From positions 7,983 through 71,982 of the forward strand of contig JACPDG010000051.1 in assembly GCA_016184125.1 (NCBI GenBank): a DNA stretch of 64,000 nucleotides, read 5' to 3'. Numbering within the stretch: position 1 is the stretch's first letter; each line of letters opens with the position of its first letter. Source of the DNA: Candidatus Rokuibacteriota bacterium. Lineage in GTDB: Bacteria; Methylomirabilota; Methylomirabilia; Rokubacteriales; CSP1-6. The translations under genes and the position numbers were made by a program. The notes under the pieces are model-generated. The model ran no database searches. It worked only from the letters and a program-made list of their open reading frames with translations, and had not been told where the DNA came from. Below are positions 37,061-47,041 of the stretch, one piece after another.

Positions 37061-38590
37061 GTGGGGCAAGGCGAGGAGCGTTACTGGAGCGAGCGCGCCC
37101 GGATCGAGCAGGGGTACCGCAAGTACCGCGAGAAGCTGCGCGCCGAGGGCAAGCTCTTCGTCCGTGACCGGCTCGGGCTGCTCCTCGACCCCGGCGCGGA
37201 GTTCCAGGAGGACTGGCTCTTCGCGCGCTCGCTCGAGGAGGACACCCCGGCCGACGGCGTCGTCACCGGAGTGGGCCGCGTCGGCGGCCGCCCGGTCTGC
37301 GTCATGGCGAACGACTTCACCGTGAAGGCGGGCTCGTGGGGCGAGAAGACCGTCCAGAAGATCGTGCGGCTCCAGGAGAAGGCGGCGCGTCTCGAGATCC
37401 CGCTGATCTACCTCGTCGACGCGGCGGGGGGGCGGATCTCCGAGCAGATCAAGATCTTCCCGGGACGGTCCCAGGGTGGCCGGATCTTCTACAACCTCGT
37501 CCAGCTCTCCGGCGTCGTGCCGCAGGTCTGCATCCTCTTCGGGCCGTCGCCGGCCGGCTCCGCGTACCTGCCGGCGCTGACGGACCTCGTGATCATGGTC
37601 GACGGCAAGTCGTCGCTCTACGTCGGCAGCCCGCGCATGGTCGAGATGGCCATCGGCGAGAAGACGACGCTCGAGGACCTCGGCGGCGCCCGCATGCACT
37701 GCACGGTGTCCGGCTGCGGCGACGTGCTCGCGCCGTCGGACGAGGACGCGATCGAGCTCGCGAAGCGCTACCTCGCGTACATGCCGCAGTCGTACCGCGG
37801 GACGCCGGCGACCGCGCCGGCGGTCGATCCGAAGCCCGGCCCGTCGATCGAGCAGATCGTGCCCTACGACCAGCGCAAGTACTTCGACATGTACGCGGTC
37901 ATCGATGCCGTGATCGACGCGGGATCGTGGTTCGAGGTCAAGCGGCTCTTCGCGCAGGAGCTCATCACGGGCTTCGCGCGGATCGCCGGGCGCGTCGTGG
38001 GGATCGTGGCGAACCAGCCGAAGGTGAAGGGCGGCGTCCTGTTCGTGGACTCCTCCGACAAGGCGGCGCGCTTCATCTGGCTCTGCAACGCGTACAACGT
38101 CCCGCTCGTGTACCTGGCCGACATCGCCGGGTTCATGGTGGGCGGCAAGGTCGAGCGGGAGGGCATCATCCGGCACGGCGCCAAGATGATCTTCGCGACG
38201 TCGCAGGCGACCGTGCCCAAGATCTCGGTCATCGTCCGCAAGTGCTACGGCGCGGGCCTCTACGCGATGTGCGGGCCGGCGTTCGAGCCGGACGCCGTGC
38301 TCTCGCTTCCGCAGGGCCAGATCGCGATCATGGGGCCCGAGCCCGCGGTCAACGCCGTCTACTACAACAAGATCATGGAGCTGCCGGAGAGCGAGCGCGC
38401 CGCGTACGTGCAGGCCAAGCGCGACGAGTTCGTGCGGGACGTCGACATCCACAAGCTCGCCTCGGAGATGATCGTCGACGACATCGTGCCCGGGTCCCAG
38501 CTCCGCGTGGAGCTCGCCAAGCGGCTGACCTACGCGGCGACGAAGGTGCACGAGTTCCCGCAGCGCCGGAACGGCGTCTATCCGGTGTGA
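37061..38590 (+). CDS. Acyl-CoA carboxylase carboxyltransferase (beta) subunit
   Basis: ANDFTVKAGSWG, GPSPAGSAY, LGGARMH, GFMVGGKVE, GPEPAVN. Confidence 0.92.
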   Translation: MGQGEERYWSERARIEQGYRKYREKLRAEGKLFVRDRLGLLLDPGAEFQEDWLFARSLEEDTPADGVVTGVGRVGGRPVCVMANDFTVKAGSWGEKTVQKIVRLQEKAARLEIPLIYLVDAAGGRISEQIKIFPGRSQGGRIFYNLVQLSGVVPQVCILFGPSPAGSAYLPALTDLVIMVDGKSSLYVGSPRMVEMAIGEKTTLEDLGGARMHCTVSGCGDVLAPSDEDAIELAKRYLAYMPQSYRGTPATAPAVDPKPGPSIEQIVPYDQRKYFDMYAVIDAVIDAGSWFEVKRLFAQELITGFARIAGRVVGIVANQPKVKGGVLFVDSSDKAARFIWLCNAYNVPLVYLADIAGFMVGGKVEREGIIRHGAKMIFATSQATVPKISVIVRKCYGAGLYAMCGPAFEPDAVLSLPQGQIAIMGPEPAVNAVYYNKIMELPESERAAYVQAKRDEFVRDVDIHKLASEMIVDDIVPGSQLRVELAKRLTYAATKVHEFPQRRNGVYPV

Positions 38591-38640
38591 TCCGGGAACT
38601 GGGCGTCGTCCGGGTCGCGGTCGAGGAGGGCGTCACGCTC

Positions 38641-38784
38641 TGACCGCAGCCCGCCGAGGGCGGGGGGTGATCGAACCGCGCCCCGGGTGTCCCGGGGCGC
38701 GTGCGAGCGCGGGGCCGGGGGAGCACGAGGGGGGCGTGAGCCCCCCTGGTACGAATGTCGGGGGCTTCGATAGTCCCCCCAATA
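38641..38784 (-). repeat. G6/C6-hairpin repeat family 1, copy D (long subtype)
   Basis: ATTGGGGGGACTATCGAAGCCCCCGACATTCGTACC...; near-identical head to copy C; between convergent genes. Confidence 0.88.
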
Positions 38785-38787
38785 CAA

Positions 38788-40527
38788 TCAGACGAACCGG
38801 CGACGCGTGTCCGCGAGCGACGCGGTGATCTGCCCGGGCAGCCGGGGCCCGAACGGTGCGAAGAAGCGGTCCGTCTCGTCGAGCGACTCCCGCCACTCGT
38901 CACGATCCACCCGGAGCGTTTCGCGCAGCCGCTCGGCGGGCATGTCGAGACCGTCGAGCTCGAGCGCGCCCGCCGACGGCACGTAGCCGATCGGTGTCTC
39001 GTCGGCGCCAGTCTGACCGCGGATGCGCTCGACCATCCACCTCAGCACCCGCACGTTCTCCCCGTATCCGGGCCAGAGGAAGCGGCCCTCGGCGTCGCGG
39101 CGGAACCAGTTCACGCGGAAGATGCGCGGCGGCCGGGCGAGTCGCGGCCCCGTGTCGAGCCAGTGCGTGAAGTAATCGGCCATGTTGTAGCCGCAGAACG
39201 GCAGCATGGCCATCGAGTCGCATCGCACCACCCCGACCTGGCCCGTGATCGCCGCGGTCGTCTCGGTCGTCATCGATGCGCCGAGGAACACGCCGTGCGT
39301 CCAGTCGAACCCCTCCGAGACGAGCGGGACCGTCCGCGTGCGCCGCGAGCCGAAGACGATCCCGGAGATCGGAACGCCTTCCGGGTCCTCCCAGTTGGGC
39401 GCGATGGATGGGCACTGCTGCGCGAGGACGGTGAAGCGCGAGTTCGCGTGCGCCGCCGGCGCGCCTCCCGGCGTCCATGGACGCCCCTGCCAGTCGACGA
39501 GGCCGGCGGGCGGCTCCGGCGTCATGCCTTCCCACCACGGCTCCTTCGACGGCGTCAGCGCGACGTTCGTGAAGATCGTGTTCGAGCGGACCATGGCCAT
39601 GGCGTTCGGGTTGGTCCTCTCGCTGGTCTGCGGCGCGACACCGAAGAAGCCGCGCTCGGGGTTGATCGCGCGGAGCTGGCCGAGCGCGTCGACGTGCATC
39701 CAGGCGATGTCGTCGCCGAGCGTCCAGACGCGCCAGCCCGGCAGCTGCGAGATCGCCATCGACAGGTTCGTCTTGCCCGACGCGCTCGGCATCGCGGCGG
39801 CGAGGTAGGTCACCTCGCCCTCGGGGTCCTCCACGCCGATGATCAGCATGTGCTCGGCGAGCCAGCCTTCCTGCCGGGCCTGCCAGGAGCCGATGCGCAG
39901 CGCGTGGCACTTCTTCCCGAGCAGCGCGTTGCCGCCGTACCCCGAGCCGACGCTCCAGATCAGCTTCTCCTCGGGGAAGTGCAGGATGAGCCGTCGCTCG
40001 GGCGAGAGGTCGGCGAGCGAGTGCAGCCCGGCTACGAAGTCGTCGTCACTGCGCATGTGCTGGAGCGCCACGGGACCGACGCGGGTCATGATGTGCATGC
40101 TGGCGACGACGTAGGGGCTGTCCGTGACCATGATGCCGACGCGGTTCATCGAAGAGCCGGCCGGACCCATGAGGTACGGGACGACCCACATCGTGCGGTC
40201 GCGCATCGCGCCCCGCAGGTAGCCTCCGGCGTGCTCCTTGGCGTCCTCGGGGGACATCCAGTTGTTGTTCGGGCCGGCGTCGTCGCGCTCCCGCGTGCAG
40301 ATGAACGTCAGCTGCTCCGTCCTCGCGACGTCCTGCGGGTGGCTCCTGTGGAGGTAGCAGTTCGGATAGGTGCGCGGGTTGAGCGGAAGGAGGGTGCCGT
40401 CCTTCAGCATGGACTCGATGAGCGACTCGTATTCGGCCTTCGAGCCATCGCTCCAGACGATCCGGGACGGGCGGGTGAGCCCCGCGGCCTGTTCCACCCA
40501 CTGCTCGGCGACGGAGGTGACGCTCAT
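38788..40527 (-). CDS. pckG: Phosphoenolpyruvate carboxykinase (GTP)
   Basis: DVARTE, YGGNALLGKKC, WLAEHM, PSASGKTN, GDDIAWM, INPERGFFGVAP, AMLPFCGYN, VNWFR. Confidence 0.96.
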   Translation of the reverse strand: MSVTSVAEQWVEQAAGLTRPSRIVWSDGSKAEYESLIESMLKDGTLLPLNPRTYPNCYLHRSHPQDVARTEQLTFICTRERDDAGPNNNWMSPEDAKEHAGGYLRGAMRDRTMWVVPYLMGPAGSSMNRVGIMVTDSPYVVASMHIMTRVGPVALQHMRSDDDFVAGLHSLADLSPERRLILHFPEEKLIWSVGSGYGGNALLGKKCHALRIGSWQARQEGWLAEHMLIIGVEDPEGEVTYLAAAMPSASGKTNLSMAISQLPGWRVWTLGDDIAWMHVDALGQLRAINPERGFFGVAPQTSERTNPNAMAMVRSNTIFTNVALTPSKEPWWEGMTPEPPAGLVDWQGRPWTPGGAPAAHANSRFTVLAQQCPSIAPNWEDPEGVPISGIVFGSRRTRTVPLVSEGFDWTHGVFLGASMTTETTAAITGQVGVVRCDSMAMLPFCGYNMADYFTHWLDTGPRLARPPRIFRVNWFRRDAEGRFLWPGYGENVRVLRWMVERIRGQTGADETPIGYVPSAGALELDGLDMPAERLRETLRVDRDEWRESLDETDRFFAPFGPRLPGQITASLADTRRRFV

Positions 40528-40587
40528 GTCGAATCCTCGTGGTGGCGGGTTGACGGGGCGCGGCGAATTGCCAGGAGCAGCTGAGGT

Positions 40588-40617
40588 ATTCTCTCCATGT
40601 CATTTGGTGGATGTCAA
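40588..40617 (-). promoter_or_regulatory. Candidate sigma-70 promoter for pckG
   Basis: TTGACA-N18-GAGAAT. Confidence 0.45.
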
Positions 40618-40664
40618 ACGCACCACGCCGCAGCGGCCGCCGGGCCGTGTGGTAGCATCCCCGC

Positions 40665-41411
40665 GTGTCGCAGGGCCTCCTCGCCGCCACGCGGTACCTG
40701 ACGATCGTGCCGGTCCCGGGCGCGTCGCGTGGCGGCCTCGAGAGCGTCGGGCGCGCGGCGCCGTGGTTTCCCGTGGTGGGCCTCTTCATCGGCGCGGTGC
40801 TCCTCCTGGTCGAGGGCGCGACGGCGTGGCTGTTCCCTCCGCTCCTCGCCTCCCTCCTCGTGGTGACGGCATGGAAGCTCCTGACCGGCGGCCTGCACCT
40901 CGACGGTCTCGCGGATTGCCTGGACGGCCTCGTCGGGCACGATCCGGCCCATCGCCTCGCGATCATGCGCGACAGCCGCATCGGCGCGTTCGGCGCGATC
41001 GGCCTCATCCTGTTCCTGCTGCTGGAGGTCGCCGCGCTCGCGGAGATCGGCCGCGTCGAGCGATGGCGCGCGCTGGTCGCGGCGCCGGTCATCGGGCGCG
41101 CGGTCCCGGCGCTGCTCGGCCGCCTCTTTCCGCCCGCCCGCTCCGACGGGCAGGGCGCCGCGTTTCGCGGCGCGCTCGTCTCCGCGGCGGCACCCATCGG
41201 GATCGCGGTCGCCGCCCTGGTCGCGGTGCTGGCGCTCGGCGCTTTCGGGGTCGTCGCGCTGGCGGTCGCGCTCCTCGCGGCCTGCGGGCTCGCCGGGTTC
41301 CTGGTCACGCGGCTCGGCGGGATCACCGGCGACGTGCTGGGCGCGGCCGTCGAGATCGCGGAGCTCGCCGTCCTGCTGACGGTCGCGGCGTGGGTCCACG
41401 CGCGAGCGTGA
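40665..41411 (+). CDS. cobS: Adenosylcobinamide-GDP ribazoletransferase
   Basis: TGGLHLDGLADCLDG, IMRDSRIGAFG, GGITGDVLGA. Confidence 0.95.
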   Translation: MSQGLLAATRYLTIVPVPGASRGGLESVGRAAPWFPVVGLFIGAVLLLVEGATAWLFPPLLASLLVVTAWKLLTGGLHLDGLADCLDGLVGHDPAHRLAIMRDSRIGAFGAIGLILFLLLEVAALAEIGRVERWRALVAAPVIGRAVPALLGRLFPPARSDGQGAAFRGALVSAAAPIGIAVAALVAVLALGAFGVVALAVALLAACGLAGFLVTRLGGITGDVLGAAVEIAELAVLLTVAAWVHARA

Positions 41412-42007
41412 TCTACCTGTTCCGCCACGGCGAGGTCGTCCTCGCGGAGACGGGACGGTTCATCGGGCACCTGGACGTGCCGCTGTCCGAGCGCGGCGAG
41501 CGCCAGTGCGCGGCGCAGGCCAGGCGGCTCGCGCGCGTCGAGATCGCCGCGATGTTCTCGAGCGACCTCGTCCGCGCGCGACGCAGCGGCGAGATCATCG
41601 GGGCGCCGCACGGCCTCACGCCGGAGACGGTGCCGGATCTTCGCGAGATGGCGATGGGCCGGTGGGAGGGTCTGACCGCGCCCGAGATCCGGGCCCGGGA
41701 GCCCGCGGGGTTCCGCGAGTGGATGGCGCGGGTCGGCGAGTTCCCGTTCCCCGAAGGCGAGAGCGTGCCGGATCTGGTCGGCCGCGCGTGGCCGGCCTTC
41801 GAGCGGCTCGTGAGCGCGAACGCGGGGCGCGCGATCGCGGTCGTCGCGCACGGAGGGACGAACCGCGCGATCCTCTGCCAGGCGCTCGCGCTGCCGCTCA
41901 GGTACCTGCTCGCGTTCGGCCAGGACTACGGCGCGCTGACCGTGCTCGAGCACGCGGGCGGGACGTTCAGGCTCCGGCGGCTCAACGAGCGCCCGGTGCT
42001 GCTATAA
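41408..42007 (+). CDS. cobC: Alpha-ribazole phosphatase / histidine phosphatase
   Basis: RHGE, SSDLVRA, LREMAMGRWEG, GES, VVAHGG; coupled to cobS. Confidence 0.78.
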   Translation: MIYLFRHGEVVLAETGRFIGHLDVPLSERGERQCAAQARRLARVEIAAMFSSDLVRARRSGEIIGAPHGLTPETVPDLREMAMGRWEGLTAPEIRAREPAGFREWMARVGEFPFPEGESVPDLVGRAWPAFERLVSANAGRAIAVVAHGGTNRAILCQALALPLRYLLAFGQDYGALTVLEHAGGTFRLRRLNERPVLL

Positions 42008-42017
42008 TCCGCGCGCT

Positions 42018-42995
42018 GTGACTCCGGGTCCCGACCTGCTGCTCCAGATGTACGCCGGGATGGTGCGGGTGCGGTCGTTCGAGGAGCGGGTGCGGGAGCT
42101 CTTCGCCGGGGGCCGCATCCCGGGCTTCACGCACACGTCGATCGGCCAGGAAGCGATCGCCGTCGGCGTCGCGACCGCCCTCGCCGAGGACGACTACGTA
42201 TTGTCGACGCACCGGGGCCACGGACACCTCGTCGCGAAGGGCGGCTCGCTGCGCGGCCTCATGGCCGAGCTCTACGGCAAGGCGACCGGGATCTGCCACG
42301 GCAAGGGCGGCAGCATGCACATCGCGGACGTGAGCGTCGGATACCTCGGCGCCAACGGCGTGCTCGCGTCGGGCTGCGTCGTCGCCCCCGGCGTCGGGCT
42401 CGCGATCAAGCGGCGAGGCTCGGCGCAGGTCGTGCTGACGTTCTTCGGCGACGGCGCCGCGAACCGGGGGCCGTTCCACGAGGGCGTGAACATGGCCGCG
42501 CTCTGGAAGCTCCCGGTGCTGTTCCTCTGCGAGAACAACCGCTGGGCGTCGACCACCGCGCACGCGCTGTCCACGGCGGGCGGCTCCATCGCCGCGCGCG
42601 CGGCAGGGTACGGCATCCCCGGCGAGTCCGCCGACGGCAACGACGTGCTGGCCGTGTGGGATGCGGTCAGCCGTGCCGCGGAGCGCGCGCGGCGCGGCGA
42701 CGGGCCATCGCTGATCGAGGCGCACACGATCCGCTGGGTCGGTCACTTCGAGGGCGACGCGCAGCTCTACCGGTCGAAGGACGAGGTCGCCGAGGGGCGG
42801 CAGAAGGACCCGATCGCGCGGCTCCGTGCGTCCCTCGAGGCGCTGGGTCTCCTCGACGAGGCCCACGCCGCGAGGATTCACGAGGCGGTCGCCGGCGAGA
42901 TCGAGGACGCGGTCGCGTACGCCGAGGCGAGCCCGCTGCCCGCCCCCGACGACGCGTTGACCGACCTCTTCGTCCACTATCCGTGGCGGGAGTGA
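42018..42995 (+). CDS. TPP-dependent dehydrogenase E1 alpha (pyruvate/acetoin type)
   Basis: STHRGHGH, GKGGSMH, GDGAANRG...ENN TPP motif, DGND. Confidence 0.92.
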   Translation: MTPGPDLLLQMYAGMVRVRSFEERVRELFAGGRIPGFTHTSIGQEAIAVGVATALAEDDYVLSTHRGHGHLVAKGGSLRGLMAELYGKATGICHGKGGSMHIADVSVGYLGANGVLASGCVVAPGVGLAIKRRGSAQVVLTFFGDGAANRGPFHEGVNMAALWKLPVLFLCENNRWASTTAHALSTAGGSIAARAAGYGIPGESADGNDVLAVWDAVSRAAERARRGDGPSLIEAHTIRWVGHFEGDAQLYRSKDEVAEGRQKDPIARLRASLEALGLLDEAHAARIHEAVAGEIEDAVAYAEASPLPAPDDALTDLFVHYPWRE

Positions 42996-42997
42996 CG

Positions 42998-44065
42998 ATG
43001 GTGGACGAATCGCTCATCGAGGGCCGTCCCGGGTTCCCCGGGACGGCTCCGAGCGCGGGGGGCATGGGGGGCATGGGGGGCTTCGATAATCCCCCCATGA
43101 TCATGGACTACGCGCAGGCGCTGAACCAGGCACTTCGCGAGGAAATGCGGCGCGATCCGCGCGTGTACCTCATCGGCGAGGACATCGTGCTCGGCGTGCC
43201 GTTCGGCGTGACGAAGGGGCTCGCCGACGAGTTCGGGCCCGACCGCGTGCTGAACGCCCCGATCTCCGAGGCGGCGATCGTCGGGTCGGCGCTCGGCGCG
43301 GCGCTGACCGGGCTCGTGCCCGTGGTCGACATGCACTTCGCCGACTTCGTGACCTGCGCGATGGACGAGGTCGTGAACCAGATCGCGAAGTCGCGCTACA
43401 TGTTCGGCGGCCAGGTGTCGTGCCCCCTGGTGCTCAGGATGCCGTACGGGATCGGCCGCTCGGCGGGCGGTCACCACTCGAACTCCGTCGAGGCGTGGTT
43501 CCTCAACACGCCGGGTCTCAAGCTCTGCATGCCGTCGACGCCGGCCGACGCGCGGGGGCTGATGAAGACCGCGATCCGCGATCCCGACCCCGTGCTGCTC
43601 TTCGAGCATCGCGGGCTCTACCGGCTCACCGGCGAGGTGCCGGAGGACGAGACGCTGGTGCCGCTCGGCGCCGCGGACGTCAAGCGACCGGGCCGCGACG
43701 TCACGGTCATCGCGACCGCCCGCATGGTCCACGAGAGCCTCGCGGCCGCGCGCCGGCTGGCCGGCGACGGCATCGATGTGGAAGTCGTGGACCCGAGGAG
43801 CCTCGTGCCCCTCGACCGCGACACGCTCGCCGCGTCCGTGCGGAAGACGAACCGCGTCGTGATCGCCGAGGAGGGGCCGATGCGCGGCTCCGCCGGCACG
43901 TGGCTGGCGTGGGTCGTCATGGAGGAATGCTTCGACGACCTGGACGCGCCGATCGTGCGGGTGGCCGCGCCGAACATCCCGATCCCGTTCAGCCCGCCGC
44001 TCGAGACGTTCGCGATGCCGGCCGCGAACGACGTCGTGGCGGCCGTGCACCAGGTGTTGAAGTAA
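42998..44065 (+). CDS. TPP-dependent dehydrogenase E1 beta (alternative start 43097/43103 after repeat copy E)
   Basis: GEDI, NAPISEAAIVG, HHSNSVE, DPVLLFEH, VDPRSLVPLD. Confidence 0.92.
   Translation: MVDESLIEGRPGFPGTAPSAGGMGGMGGFDNPPMIMDYAQALNQALREEMRRDPRVYLIGEDIVLGVPFGVTKGLADEFGPDRVLNAPISEAAIVGSALGAALTGLVPVVDMHFADFVTCAMDEVVNQIAKSRYMFGGQVSCPLVLRMPYGIGRSAGGHHSNSVEAWFLNTPGLKLCMPSTPADARGLMKTAIRDPDPVLLFEHRGLYRLTGEVPEDETLVPLGAADVKRPGRDVTVIATARMVHESLAAARRLAGDGIDVEVVDPRSLVPLDRDTLAASVRKTNRVVIAEEGPMRGSAGTWLAWVVMEECFDDLDAPIVRVAAPNIPIPFSPPLETFAMPAANDVVAAVHQVLK
43001..43099 (-). repeat. G6/C6-hairpin repeat family 1, copy E
   Basis: ATGGGGGGATTATCGAAGCCCCCCATGCCCCCCATGCCCCCCGCGCTCGGAGCCGTCCCGGGGAACCCGGG...GATTCGTCCAC. 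Confidence 0.88.
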
Positions 44066-44136
44066 CCCAGGCCGGACGCACGATCCGCGCGCGTCCGGAC
44101 CGGCCGAAGCGATCACGCCATGCGAGGAGGAACGCG

Positions 44137-45759
44137 ATGACGACGCTCGTCCTGTCCGTTCACCGTTCGATGGACCGCGTGATGAAGCTGACCCTCGCCC
44201 GGGCGACCGGTCGCGGAGCAGCGATGGCCGTCGCGCTCGTGGCCCTGCTCGCCGCCGGCGCGACCACGCCGGCGGCGGCGCAGGAGCAGCCACGCATGGG
44301 CGGCGTGCTGAAAGCCGCGATGATCGGCGAGCCGCCGTCGCTCGACCTCCACTGGACGACAGCCGTCATCACGCAGCAGATCACCTGGCACGTCTACGAG
44401 ACGCTCTTCACGTACGACAAGCAGTACAACCCGATCCCGATGCTCGCGGAGAGCTACACGGTCTCCGACGGGGGGCGTCGATACACGATCAGGCTCCGGC
44501 AAGGCGTCAAGTTCCACAACGGCAAGGAGATGACGTCGGCGGACGTCGTCCCGTCGCTCAGGCGGTGGGGCAAGATGGCGACCCCCGGCAAGGCGGTGTT
44601 CAAGTTCGTCGAGGCGGTGGAGGGCCCGGGCCCGTACGAGGTCGTCATCCACCTCAAAGAGCCGACGGCGACGCTCCTCGACGGGCTGGCACGGCCGAAC
44701 AACGCGGCGGCGATCTACCCGAAAGAGGTCATCGACGCTGCGGGCGCCGGCCAGGTCAAGGAGTTCATCGGGACCGGCCCGTTCCGTTTCGTGGAGCACA
44801 AGCCCGACCGGCACATCAAGGTCGCGCGTTTCAAGGAGTATGCGGCGCGTCCCGAGGCAGCCGACGGCTTCGGCGGCAAGCGGGTCGCGTACGTGGACGA
44901 GATCCTCTTCGTCCCCGTGCCCGACGTGACGGTGCGCCTGTCGGGGGTCGAGACCGGCGAGTACCACTTCGCGCAGCAGATCCAGCAAGACCAGTATGAC
45001 CGCGTCAAGAAGATGCGCGACGTCGGAGCCCGCGTGGTGAAGCCCGCGGCATGGTCCACCGCCGTGCTGAACCACAAGCAGGGGCTCATGACGGACAGGC
45101 GGCTCAGGCAGGCGTTCCAGGCGGTGCTCGACATGGAGCCGATCATGGCCGCCGGCTTCGGCCACAAGGACTTCTACCGGCTCGACGGCGGGCTCATGTA
45201 TCCGGAGCAGCCGCAGTGGCATTCGCGGGTGGGCACCGAGCTGTACGACCGGAAGGACAAGGCGAAAGCGCAGAAGCTCCTGAAGGAGGCGGGGTACTCG
45301 GGCCAGCCCGTGCGCTGGGTGACCACGCAGGAGTACCGGTGGATGTACCAGAACGCGCTCGTCGCGAAGCAGCAGCTCGAGGCGGCGGGCTTCAAGATCG
45401 ACCTCCAGGTCGTGGACTGGGCCACGCTCGTGCAGCGCCGCAACAAGCCCGAGCTCTGGGACGTCTTCTCCACGGGATTCACGTTCGGACCCGAGCCGGC
45501 GCTCGTGACCGCGGTGCAGTGCAACTGGCCGGGCTGGTGGTGCCATGAGGAGAAGGAGCGCGCCATGGCGGCGCTCGCCAGGGAGATGGACCCCAAGAAG
45601 CGGCGGGTCCTCTTCGAGCGCGTGCAGCAGCTCTTCTACGAGGACGTGGGCCGGATCAAGTTCGGCGACTACTTCTCGCTCGACGTCGTGCAGAAGGACG
45701 TGCGCAACCTGCCGGCGGCCCCGTGGCTCGCCTTCTGGAACGTCTGGCTCGCGAAATAG
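44137..45759 (+). CDS. ABC transporter substrate-binding protein, family 5 (peptide/glutathione-like)
   Basis: EPPSLD, VYETLF, LRQGVKFHNG, IGTGPFRF; signal peptide. Confidence 0.92.
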   Translation: MTTLVLSVHRSMDRVMKLTLARATGRGAAMAVALVALLAAGATTPAAAQEQPRMGGVLKAAMIGEPPSLDLHWTTAVITQQITWHVYETLFTYDKQYNPIPMLAESYTVSDGGRRYTIRLRQGVKFHNGKEMTSADVVPSLRRWGKMATPGKAVFKFVEAVEGPGPYEVVIHLKEPTATLLDGLARPNNAAAIYPKEVIDAAGAGQVKEFIGTGPFRFVEHKPDRHIKVARFKEYAARPEAADGFGGKRVAYVDEILFVPVPDVTVRLSGVETGEYHFAQQIQQDQYDRVKKMRDVGARVVKPAAWSTAVLNHKQGLMTDRRLRQAFQAVLDMEPIMAAGFGHKDFYRLDGGLMYPEQPQWHSRVGTELYDRKDKAKAQKLLKEAGYSGQPVRWVTTQEYRWMYQNALVAKQQLEAAGFKIDLQVVDWATLVQRRNKPELWDVFSTGFTFGPEPALVTAVQCNWPGWWCHEEKERAMAALAREMDPKKRRVLFERVQQLFYEDVGRIKFGDYFSLDVVQKDVRNLPAAPWLAFWNVWLAK

Positions 45760-45820
45760 AGGCGGTCGTTCCTTGACGGGACTCACGCCGACCCCTAGGA
45801 GCATGTCGGAGAAACACGGG

Positions 45821-46066
45821 GAATCGAGGAGCGCCACGGGTTCCACCGGTGCGTCCGCGCACCGCCCGGGGCGCTCCGAGCGCTGGGGGGTGTGGGGGGC
45901 CATGTCAGGGCCCCGGGCCGAGCGCGGTGCAGAGCCGCGGCCCGGGTGTCCCGGGCCGCGTGCGAACGTTTGGGGGCCCGGCCGAGCGCCACGTCGAGCA
46001 CCGGCCCGGGTGTCCCGGGCCGGTTGCGAGCGCTGGGGGGTGTGGGGGGCCATGTCGGGGCCCCCC
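45821..46066 (-). repeat. G6/C6-hairpin repeat family 1, compound copy F (GGGCCCCGACATGGCCCCCC subtype, at least 2 units)
   Basis: CGAGCGCTGGGGGGTGTGGGGGGCCATGTC(A/G)GGGCCCC occurs twice; CCCGGGTGTCCCGGG palindromes. Confidence 0.85.
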
Positions 46067-46083
46067 ACTCCGAGAGTGGCTAC

Positions 46084-47034
46084 GTGAAGACCTGGATCTA
46101 CGTCATCCGCCGGCTCATCGCGCTGATCCCGGTCGCGCTCGTCGTGGCGACCATCGCGTTCGTCCTGATCCACCTGGCGCCCGGCGATCCGGCATCGATC
46201 ATCGCCGGACCGGACGCGACGGCCGAGGACGTCGAGAACATCAAGCACCAGCTCGGCCTGGACCAGCCGCTGCCGTTCCAGCTCGTGCGATGGTACGGCC
46301 GGCTGGTGCAGGGAGACCTCGGCCGGTCCATCTTTCTCCGCAAGCCGGTGCTCGACGCGATCATCGACCGTGTCGAGCCGACGCTGCTGCTCACCGTCTC
46401 GGCCACGGTGATCGCCGTGCTCATCGGCGTGCCGTCCGGCGTGATCTCCGCGCGCTTCCACAACTCCGCGACCGACCAGGCGTTCATGATGTTCGCGCTG
46501 TTCGGGATCTCGGTGCCGAACTTCCTGCTCGGTCTCATCTTCGTCCTGGTCTTCGGCGTCTGGCTCGGCTGGTTCCCGGTGGCCGGCTACTCGCCGCTCG
46601 AGTACGGCTGGGCGAAGACGGTCCGATCGCTCGTGATGCCGGCCTTCGCGCTCGGCCTCGTGCAGTCGGCGCTGATCGCCCGAATCGCACGCTCGAGCAT
46701 GCTCGACGTGCTGCGCGAGCAGTTCATCACGGCGGGCCGGGCCAAGGGGCTGGGGGAGCGCGCGGTCGTCTACAAGCACGCGCTCAAGAACGCGATGATC
46801 CCCACGATCACGATCATCGGGATCAGCTTCGCGGTGCTCCTGTCCGGCGCGGTGGTGGTCGAGACCGTGTTCAACATCCCCGGGCTCGGCCGGCTCATCA
46901 TCTCCGCGGTGCTGCGCCGCGACTACCCGGTGATCCAGGGCGTCGTCATCTGCATCGCGGGCGTCTACATGCTCGTGAACCTGCTGGTCGACCTGTCGTA
47001 CCTGCTGATCGACCCGCGGGTGAAGTACCAGTAG
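46084..47034 (+). CDS. ABC peptide transporter permease (DppB-like)
   Basis: HLAPGDPA, GLDQPL, ARIARSSMLDVL, ARAKGL-like EAA loop. Confidence 0.93.
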   Translation: MKTWIYVIRRLIALIPVALVVATIAFVLIHLAPGDPASIIAGPDATAEDVENIKHQLGLDQPLPFQLVRWYGRLVQGDLGRSIFLRKPVLDAIIDRVEPTLLLTVSATVIAVLIGVPSGVISARFHNSATDQAFMMFALFGISVPNFLLGLIFVLVFGVWLGWFPVAGYSPLEYGWAKTVRSLVMPAFALGLVQSALIARIARSSMLDVLREQFITAGRAKGLGERAVVYKHALKNAMIPTITIIGISFAVLLSGAVVVETVFNIPGLGRLIISAVLRRDYPVIQGVVICIAGVYMLVNLLVDLSYLLIDPRVKYQ

Positions 47035-47041
47035 GCCCGAC

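Noticed and set aside
40528-40664. Cobalamin riboswitch upstream of cobS
   Set aside because: No B12-box or conserved core seen; cobS appears leaderless
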